A DNA stretch of 64,000 bases from an uncultured Clostridiaceae bacterium (lineage in GTDB: Bacteria; Bacillota; Clostridia; TANB77; CAG-508). Below the pieces are notes generated by a model. The model saw only the letters and a list, made by a program, of their open reading frames with translations, was not told the DNA's origin and searched no databases. The DNA is taken from contig CAMOWC010000002.1 of the NCBI GenBank assembly GCA_946628065.1, forward strand, positions 68,119 through 132,118. Direction: 5' to 3'. This document shows, one piece after another, positions 57,126 to 64,000 of the stretch. Every line of letters begins with the position of its first letter. Positions within the stretch are counted from its first letter, which is position 1. The position numbers were made by a program, and so were the translations under genes.

Positions 57126-57716
57126 TCACCCCTCCTCCAGGCTTATTTTTTCTTCTGGTACGTCATAAATTGAGCTTAAATACTTTATAATTTTTTCCTT
57201 TTCTTCGTCAGAGATAGCTTTTTGAGTGGATAATTCTTTCTTTAATCCTGTATCCCCTATAGAAATTTTGACAGATTCAATAGTTTCTGTTTCTTCACTC
57301 TTATCATTGCTTTCTCTAAGTGTTATAAGTATCTCCTGTATTTTTGCGTAACTTGCATCATCTTGTATTTCTGCTTTAATTTTAATATCAGATACTATGT
57401 ATCCTTTTTCATATAGTCTATCGCTTATGTCTTTCTTAGCATTAGTAATAAAAATATCACTTATCTTTGAACTTGGGTTTGTATTAGTATTATTTATTGT
57501 CTGTGTTTGGCTAGCACTAACTATTTGATCTAAGCTAATTTTTTCATCTGTAGCCAACTTTATTACAGGTGAAATTACCGTAAATAGTAAAAATATTCCT
57601 AAAACTGTTTTAATGTATTTTTTGTTCTTGCCTTCTGGTAAAAGCATTTCCAAAATTGTAACTATAATTACTGTTATTGCAATGCTACTAGCCCAATTTC
57701 CAATGTTTTTAAGCAT
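57126..57716 (-). CDS. spoIIIAF: stage III sporulation protein AF
   Basis: own GGAGG RBS and ATG 57716; EMLLPEGKNKKYIK. Confidence 0.85.
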   Translation of the reverse strand: MLKNIGNWASSIAITVIIVTILEMLLPEGKNKKYIKTVLGIFLLFTVISPVIKLATDEKISLDQIVSASQTQTINNTNTNPSSKISDIFITNAKKDISDRLYEKGYIVSDIKIKAEIQDDASYAKIQEILITLRESNDKSEETETIESVKISIGDTGLKKELSTQKAISDEEKEKIIKYLSSIYDVPEEKISLEEG

Positions 57717-57727
57717 TTCATTCCTCC

Positions 57728-58877
57728 TTATCTGTACATTAGTCCGGCTATTAGATATTTTTAATGTTAAAGTAACTCCTATAATCAGCATTGTTGAAAC
57801 TGAAAAAAGCATGGCAAGCAAAATTTTAAAGCTCCCCGCCATTTGTTCTAATAGTTTTGTAATTTTTTTATCTGCTATTATTTCGCACATTGCAGTAGCT
57901 AAGTGATATGCAATTGTCAATACTGACAATTTAATAATCGGTAAAATGCAGATTCCAATTACTACTAATACTCCAACAATTCCCACTGCATTTTTAAGAA
58001 CTGTGGCACATCCTAAGACGGCATCTACTGCATCTCCCAATATCTTTCCGACTACAGGAATAAAATTAGATACGGCAGCCTTTGCTGTCTTAGCTGTAAT
58101 TCCGTCTACACTACTACTTAGTGTACCTTCAATTGAAACAAGCCCCACAAATACTGTTAATACTACTCCTAAAATCCAGGCAATACTTGATTTAAAATAT
58201 TTTGATAATTTATCTATCTGAATCTTGTCCGATAGATTTGAAACAATTCCCAATACTGTTGCTACTAATAAAGCTGGAAGAATCAAAGTAATTATTACAT
58301 TTCCAATAAATCCTATTATAAACAGTATTACAGGTTGAATTATGTTGGCAGTTGTAATGCTTCCTGTTGTAATCATTAATGAAATCAAAATAGGTGTCAA
58401 GCAGTTCATAAATCCAACAAGGTTTTCTATTGTATTTTTAACTAGCTCTATCATTTCTGTAAACGATGTCATAATTAAAGTTACTATTAAAACATACTGA
58501 GCATAATACGTAACTTGAGCAATGCTCTTGTTTTCAAGTCCTTCACTTATAGAATTTAATATGCTGTGTATCACTATAATTGCAAGTACTATTCCTAAGC
58601 TTCTTATTGCTGTTACAGTCTCTTTGCCAAGCGCTGTAGAAATTATTTTATACCAAAAATCTCCTTTTATCTCTCCTTTAATAGCTGTGTTAAGCACTTC
58701 TGCCATGTCTATTTCTGGGAATGCCTCTTTTGAATATGTATTTGCTTCTTTTAAAAAATCTGAAATATTAAATAAATTTTTTTGTTCTTCTAAAATGTCT
58801 GTAGTAGCTTGTACATTTGAATTTAGAAATAAAAAAATAGTAATTATTAAGAATACTGTTATTTTTACATGCCTCAC
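57728..58877 (-). CDS. spoIIIAE: stage III sporulation protein AE (+1 shift at CGGA 57746-57743)
   Basis: SNFIPVVGKILGDAV, KNAVG; +1 frame ends SNS|GLMYR* just before the AF RBS. Confidence 0.87.
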
Positions 58878-58892
58878 TTTGTCACCTCGATT

Positions 58893-59279
58893 TTATGGGA
58901 TTATTTTGATTATTAATTCAAAGAGTGCAGTTATAATTGGTATCGACATACCAATTATAATTATTTTTCCTCCTAGGTCTATTTTATTTGCAATGGCTGT
59001 TTCTCCGCTGTCTTTGCATATACTCGTCGCAAATTCTGTTAAAAATGCTAACCCTGTCATTTTTAGTAAAATACTTAAAAAACTACTATTTATATTTGCT
59101 TTATTAGAAAGGCTGCTTAAAATACGTACTATCCCTGAGAGTTTTTCCATTACAAGTAATATAATAATTGCCCCTGCAATCAATGAAACATATATAGCGT
59201 ACTCTGGTTTGTATTGTTTTAGCACAATTATGAAAATCGTTGCAACAATCCCAATTCCTATTATTTTTATAATGTCCAT
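58893..59279 (-). CDS. spoIIIAD: stage III sporulation protein AD
   Basis: KQYKPEYA, ICKDSGETAIA. Confidence 0.9.
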   Translation of the reverse strand: MDIIKIIGIGIVATIFIIVLKQYKPEYAIYVSLIAGAIIILLVMEKLSGIVRILSSLSNKANINSSFLSILLKMTGLAFLTEFATSICKDSGETAIANKIDLGGKIIIIGMSIPIITALFELIIKIIP

Positions 59280-59306
59280 GATTTCACCTCTTTTGCTTAA
59301 AGTCTA

Positions 59307-59501
59307 TTACAAATTAAATACTGTCCTTACTGCAGAAAAAAGTGAACTGATTTCTTTTATTACCACTGTTAGTACTATAACGATTCCTGCAAGAGTTACC
59401 ATCATAGCTTGATCTTCTCTTCCAGCTTTAGACAGTATTTGATGCAATACTGCGACAATTATTCCTATTCCAGCAATCTTAAACAAAACATCTATTTCCA
59501 T
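59307..59501 (-). CDS. spoIIIAC: stage III sporulation protein AC
   Basis: FKIAGIGIIVAVLHQILSKAGREDQA. Confidence 0.92.
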   Translation of the reverse strand: MEIDVLFKIAGIGIIVAVLHQILSKAGREDQAMMVTLAGIVIVLTVVIKEISSLFSAVRTVFNL

Positions 59502-59533
59502 TTTTCCTCCTTAAATCCTATTGCTAAAATTTT

Positions 59534-60043
59534 TTAGAACAATACTATTACAATGGCAATTCCTGTAATAACTCCCAAACTTTTATACATTTTTACGTTT
59601 TTTTCTTTTTCTATTTTTGCTTTTTCAATTTGCTCATCTAATAGACTTAATGATAAGTCAATCTCATTTAGTTGTCCTTCCATATCTGTTTGTCCTAGCA
59701 ATTTGCCAAGTGAACATATTACATTTTTATCTTCTCTTGTAATGCTAATGTCTGCTTCTCTAACAGCTTTGTTCCAGCTATCAGTTGCACTTTCTTCATT
59801 CATATAGCTGGCTGATTTTCTAAATACATTCGATACATTAGCCGAGATATCTTTTGCGATATCGTCAAAGATGTCTTGTAATGGTGCATATGTATATCTT
59901 ATTTTTGTCTTTAGTATATTAAATGCACTTTTGAACTCTTTTAGCTCAATTTCTCTTTTTCTATATTTTTGTGAAAGCAAAAAACCTATTGCTGTACAAC
60001 ATGCAAGTATTAATGCATAAATAACAAGCCTAATTAATTCCAT
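59534..60043 (-). CDS. spoIIIAB: stage III sporulation protein AB
   Basis: KIRYTYAPL, LGQTDMEGQ, KMYKSLG. Confidence 0.88.
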   Translation of the reverse strand: MELIRLVIYALILACCTAIGFLLSQKYRKREIELKEFKSAFNILKTKIRYTYAPLQDIFDDIAKDISANVSNVFRKSASYMNEESATDSWNKAVREADISITREDKNVICSLGKLLGQTDMEGQLNEIDLSLSLLDEQIEKAKIEKEKNVKMYKSLGVITGIAIVIVLF

Positions 60044-60107
60044 CTTTACCTCTTTTTTAAAGTATCTATATAATATATATTCAGCTTGTACATTATTTAG
60101 AACAAAA

Positions 60108-60215
60108 AGTGGGGACGTTTCCCAGAGGGGCTTTTCCCCCCTTTAGGGACAGGTCTGTAATAATCAGACCTGTCCCTAAAGGGGGGAAAAGCCCCCTCTG
60201 GGAAACGTCCCCACT
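60108..60215. repeat. ~50-bp near-perfect inverted repeat inside the spoIIIA operon
   Basis: GTGGGGACGTTTCCCAGAGGGG...GGGACAGGTCTG-taataat-reverse complement with one extra C. Confidence 0.88.
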
Positions 60216-60221
60216 GTCTCA

Positions 60222-61170
60222 TCAATTATATAAAACATATTCTGAATTTGCTTTGTTTAAATTATATGCTTTATCTATTTCTCCCTTTGGCCCTTTTGAT
60301 TTTAAAAAGATTATTCTTTCAAAAATATGACTGTTCATTAGGCTCTTAAGTGCAGGATTTATGGCCAAGTCCTCTAAACTAGCACCATGGGCTGTAAATA
60401 TGCCTTTTATTCCAGAGCAAATTGCATAGTGTATTGCCTCAACATCTTCGCTACTGCCTATTTCATCTGCTGTAATAACATTTGGTGCCATAGATCTAAC
60501 AAGCATTTTCATTCCAATTGCTTTTGGAATATTATCTAATATGTCTGTTTTTATTCCTACATCATTTTGTGGTATTCCTCTATACATTGCTGCAATTTCG
60601 CCTCTTTCATCCAAAACTCCAACTGTAAGTCCTTTATAGTTAATGTCTTCAATTCCGTCACTTATTTTTCTAATTAAATCTCTTAAAATTGTTGTTTTTC
60701 CTGCTCCTGGTGGTGATGCAATTAATGTGTTAAAAACTGTATTGTTTTCCGTATCAACTACATATTTTAAAATTTTATTACTGCATCCTATAATTTGTTT
60801 TGCAACTCTAAAATTTATACTATAAATATGATTGATATTAATTACTTTATCTCCTTCTACTACAACATTTCCAGTTATTCCGTACACGATGCCCACCTTT
60901 TACTGTAATAAATCCATTGCATATTTGAGCCTGATATGAATAGATTGAATTTTCACATATAAGGCGAAGTGTTTCAGCCACATCTTCTGGTTTTACTGTA
61001 TATTCAAATATTCTTTCTCCTTTATTAAACTTAAGAATTAACGGCTTATTAATTCTAAGCCTTATTTCCTCGAGTGTTATATAACGGTTTGCATTACTAT
61101 CTTTTAAATAACTATCTATTGCTATAGAGATGCTTTTCGGAAAGTATTTTAGTAAACTTGAAACAGACAT
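60222..61170 (-). CDS. spoIIIAA: stage III sporulation protein AA (+1 shift at CGGA 60882-60879)
   Basis: EEIRLR, GFITVKGGHRV|GITG, SPPGAGKTTILRD, DERGEIA, ADEIG; about 315 aa. Confidence 0.92.
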
Positions 61171-61280
61171 ATTTCACCTTCATTTAAATAATTAATTGAA
61201 TATTTGCCATCCGCTTCCAGAAAAAACTATTTTTTGGAAGTTCCTTTTTTATTAAAACAGATACGCACAAAGCTTAAAAA

Positions 61281-61308
61281 AATAGGGACAAGCTATCTTG
61301 TCCCTATT
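61281..61308 (-). terminator. terminator after yebC
   Basis: AATAGGGACAAG-ctat-CTTGTCCCTATT. Confidence 0.7.
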
Positions 61309-61339
61309 ATTATATTCAGTTAATATGCTATTTATAACC

Positions 61340-62065
61340 TTATTCTTCCCAATTGTGGTAAACCTCTATAACATCATCTAAGTCTTCAAGGTTTTCAATT
61401 AATAGCCCCATTTTCCTTGCTGGTTCTGCATCTAGCGTTATATATGTTTGTGGAACCATTTGTACTTCTGCTTCTGCAAATGTTAGTCCTTCTTTTTCTA
61501 ATGCTTCTCGAACTTGTGAAAAGTCTTCTGGAGCGGTTGTTATTTCATAATAATCTTCTCCAGTTTCAAAATTTTCAGCTCCAGCCTCAATTGCCATAAG
61601 CATTAAATCGTCTTCAGATTGTTTTGTTTCTTCTTTTTCTAAGATTATAACGCCTTTTCTATCAAATAGATATGATACACATCCATTTGTTCCTAAGTTT
61701 CCACCAAATTTATCAAATATATGTCTTACATCAGATGCAGTACGGTTTCTATTATCTGTTGTAGCATTTACTATAATGGCTACTCCATTTGGTCCATATC
61801 CTTCATATACAACTTCTTCATAGTTTTCTTGGTTGCCATCTCCAGCAGCTCTTTTAATTGCTTTATCAATCGTATCATTTGGCATGTTATTGGCTTTACA
61901 TTTTGCAACAACGTCTTTCAATTTGGAATTGCTATTAATATCTGGTCCTCCCGATCTTACAGCCATTAGCAATTCTCTACCTAGTTTAGTAAATATTTTT
62001 CCTCTTGCAGCGTCTGCTTTTCCCTTTTTTGCTGCAATATTGTGCCATTTGCTATGTCCTGACAT
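61340..62065 (-). CDS. yebC: YebC/PmpR family protein
   Basis: MSGHSKWHNI, YEGYGPNGVA, TDNRNRT, LEDLDDV. Confidence 0.93.
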   Translation of the reverse strand: MSGHSKWHNIAAKKGKADAARGKIFTKLGRELLMAVRSGGPDINSNSKLKDVVAKCKANNMPNDTIDKAIKRAAGDGNQENYEEVVYEGYGPNGVAIIVNATTDNRNRTASDVRHIFDKFGGNLGTNGCVSYLFDRKGVIILEKEETKQSEDDLMLMAIEAGAENFETGEDYYEITTAPEDFSQVREALEKEGLTFAEAEVQMVPQTYITLDAEPARKMGLLIENLEDLDDVIEVYHNWEE

Positions 62066-62160
62066 AGTATTTCCTCCTTTTATATCTCTTATAACTTAAC
62101 ACATTTTAACATATTTAATTTGTTTTGTGTAGTGTTTTTTTTAAATTAGCTAAAAAATGT

Positions 62161-62206
62161 GGTGACCCACAAAGTTCACAATTCACGTGAGTCTTTGTGG
62201 GCCACC
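62161..62206 (-). terminator. hairpin downstream of the SH3 gene
   Basis: GGTGACCCACAAAGTTCAC...GTGAGTCTTTGTGGGCCACC imperfect stem. Confidence 0.55.
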
Positions 62207-62212
62207 TGAGGA

Positions 62213-62875
62213 TTACTCGTCTCGATACCACTGGATTGATTCAACAAGCCAGTAGTCTCCATCTTCATGACCATCACAGATTTCATACAAGTACACCATA
62301 TCTTCTAGCTTTTCTCCAGATAGGTATCTCATGTATGCGTAACCTGTACGGCCATCCAATGTCTGAACTCGTACGTAACCGTTTCTTGTTTTTGCCTTCA
62401 GCTCAACAAGTACCGGTTCTCCATGCTGGAGCCACCCCTTGCGCGTATCGTCTTTGCTAGGGCCTTTCCTCAAAGCGAGTCTTACAGGAACATTCACAAA
62501 CATCAACCTATATTCGCCTGCTCCTGAATCACAGGCATAGGTATATGTTTCATCCTGCTGGTTGCTCCTAGCAGTGCTTCTACTCTCTGGGGTTTCGATA
62601 TAATCGCCTGTAAGGTATTGCCCATAGGCAAAGTATTCGTTCCCCCTGTAGGAGATCCTGTAGTACCCGTTCCGGTCTGGTCCAGAAAGAACAGTGACAG
62701 CTGAGCCATATCTGGCCCCTCCAATGATGTTCCCTTGCGGGACATCACGCAGGTTCAGAACATCTGCCGTCACATATGCAGTGGAGCCAGGTCGAAGCCC
62801 TCCTGCAGCCAGTACAGGAGTGATTGCCAAGGCAATCATAGTCGCGATGACTATAGCAAGAAGCCGTTTTGTCAT
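62213..62875 (-). CDS. GC-rich secreted protein with two bacterial SH3 domains; two in-frame CGG codons
   Basis: signal peptide; VTADVLNLRD...NGYYRISY; LALRKGPS...NGYVRVQTLDGRTGYAYMRYL; AAGGAGG RBS. Confidence 0.8.
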   Translation of the reverse strand: MTKRLLAIVIATMIALAITPVLAAGGLRPGSTAYVTADVLNLRDVPQGNIIGGARYGSAVTVLSGPDRNGYYRISYRGNEYFAYGQYLTGDYIETPESRSTARSNQQDETYTYACDSGAGEYRLMFVNVPVRLALRKGPSKDDTRKGWLQHGEPVLVELKAKTRNGYVRVQTLDGRTGYAYMRYLSGEKLEDMVYLYEICDGHEDGDYWLVESIQWYRDE

Positions 62876-62957
62876 GGTAGTATTCCTCCTTATGTTGTTT
62901 CGTCTAGTGACGATGTATATATTATATCACTTTTTTTATAATATGTACAGTATTATG

Positions 62958-64000
62958 TTAATTAAATTTTACAATTTTTTCCCATGGCATTTCTTTTTTC
63001 CCGAAGTGTCCATAATTTGTAGTCTTTGTATAGATAGGCTTTTTCAAATCTAAATATTCTATTATTCCATTTGGAGTTAAATCAAATCTTTCTCTAATTA
63101 GCTCTACTAACTCTTCTTCTGATTTATTGCTTGTACCAAATGTGTTAACGCAAATTGAGATAGGATCTTTCATTCCTATTGCATATGAAACTTGTATTTC
63201 GCATTTTCTTGCCAGGCCATTTGCAACAATATTTTTTGCAATGTGTCTTAGCATATATGCTGCAGATCTATCAACTTTGCTTGCATCTTTGCCTGAAAAT
63301 GCACCTCCACCATGTCTTGCATAGCCACCATATGTATCTACAATTATTTTTCTTCCAGTAAGCCCTGTATCTCCTAATGGTCCTCCTATTACAAATCTTC
63401 CTGTTGGATTTATATATATTTTGGTGTTGTCATCTAGCATATCATCTGGTAATACTGTCTTTATTACCTTTTCTATAACATCTTTTTTTAGGTCATCCAT
63501 TGAAATGTTTTCTAAATGCTGAGTTGAGACTAACACAGTTTCTATTCTTTTAGGTTTATCATCTTCATATTCTACTGTAACTTGAGTTTTTCCATCTGGC
63601 CTTAAGTATGGAATCTCTCCATTTTTTCTAACTTCTGTTAGTCTTTTGGCAATCTTATGTGCTGCCCATAGCGCATATGGCATGTATTCTTCGGCTTCAT
63701 CAGAAGCATAACCAAACATAATCCCTTGGTCTCCTGCGCCTCCAACGTCAACTCCCATTGCAATGTCTGGGCTTTGCTTTGTAATAAACACATTAATATT
63801 GCATGTTCTATAATCAATATCTGAGTTTTCATTATCAAATCCTATTTCTTTAATTCTTTCTCTTGCTATTTTTTCTATGTCAATCTTAGCATTTGATGTT
63901 ATTTGTCCTGCAATAGTGATATTATTAGCACATGCAAATGTTTCTACTGCAACTCTTGAATTTTCGTCTTGTTTTAAGCATTCATCCAATATGCTGTCTG
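62958..64000 (-). CDS. metK: S-adenosylmethionine synthetase (5' end beyond window)
   Basis: GAGDQGIMFGYA, LRPDGKTQVT, GDTGLTGRKIIVDTYGG, GGGAFSGKD. Confidence 0.96.
   Translation of the reverse strand, partial: DSILDECLKQDENSRVAVETFACANNITIAGQITSNAKIDIEKIARERIKEIGFDNENSDIDYRTCNINVFITKQSPDIAMGVDVGGAGDQGIMFGYASDEAEEYMPYALWAAHKIAKRLTEVRKNGEIPYLRPDGKTQVTVEYEDDKPKRIETVLVSTQHLENISMDDLKKDVIEKVIKTVLPDDMLDDNTKIYINPTGRFVIGGPLGDTGLTGRKIIVDTYGGYARHGGGAFSGKDASKVDRSAAYMLRHIAKNIVANGLARKCEIQVSYAIGMKDPISICVNTFGTSNKSEEELVELIRERFDLTPNGIIEYLDLKKPIYTKTTNYGHFGKKEMPWEKIVKFN

Noticed and set aside
57126-58877. SpoIIIAE-AF fusion ORF (583 aa)
   Set aside because: AF has its own RBS and ATG, and AE terminates normally after the +1 shift.
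58522-59412. Long plus-strand ORFs (also 2120-2824, 5261-5812, 20870-21427)
   Set aside because: Antisense shadows of real minus-strand genes with no recognisable motifs.
54462-60215. CRISPR array or IS element
   Set aside because: The repeats are dispersed palindromes with no spacer periodicity; no cas or transposase gene in the window.

Overview
Low-GC, spore-forming Clostridia-like chromosomal window, mostly on the minus strand. It carries priA-gmk-rpoZ-remA-yicC, rsmE, the hrcA-grpE-dnaK-dnaJ operon with CIRCE, two tRNAs, deoB, a sortase/LPXTG pair, ychF, sigH, rqcH, efp, tmk, glmM, a ~19 kb surface-polysaccharide locus, argS, pfkA, spoIIIAA-AH, yebC and metK. Main observation: 13 conserved genes that look broken in the ORF track are repaired by one rule. 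At an in-frame CGG codon, translation continues in the +1 frame, so CGGN reads as one Gly (GGN). I found 14 such sites, on both strands, with 13 different preceding codons, and two in tandem in vanZ. My manual scan of the AT-rich genes found no in-frame CGG that is read through. This suggests systematic +1 recoding (effectively a four-base codon) rather than random decay. In contrast, two isolated ~50% GC genes carry in-frame CGG codons in open frames. Also present: a family of long REP-like palindromes, 11-bp-period WalR-like boxes and a decayed pilin-like gene. All calls come from reading the sequence; no searches were run.
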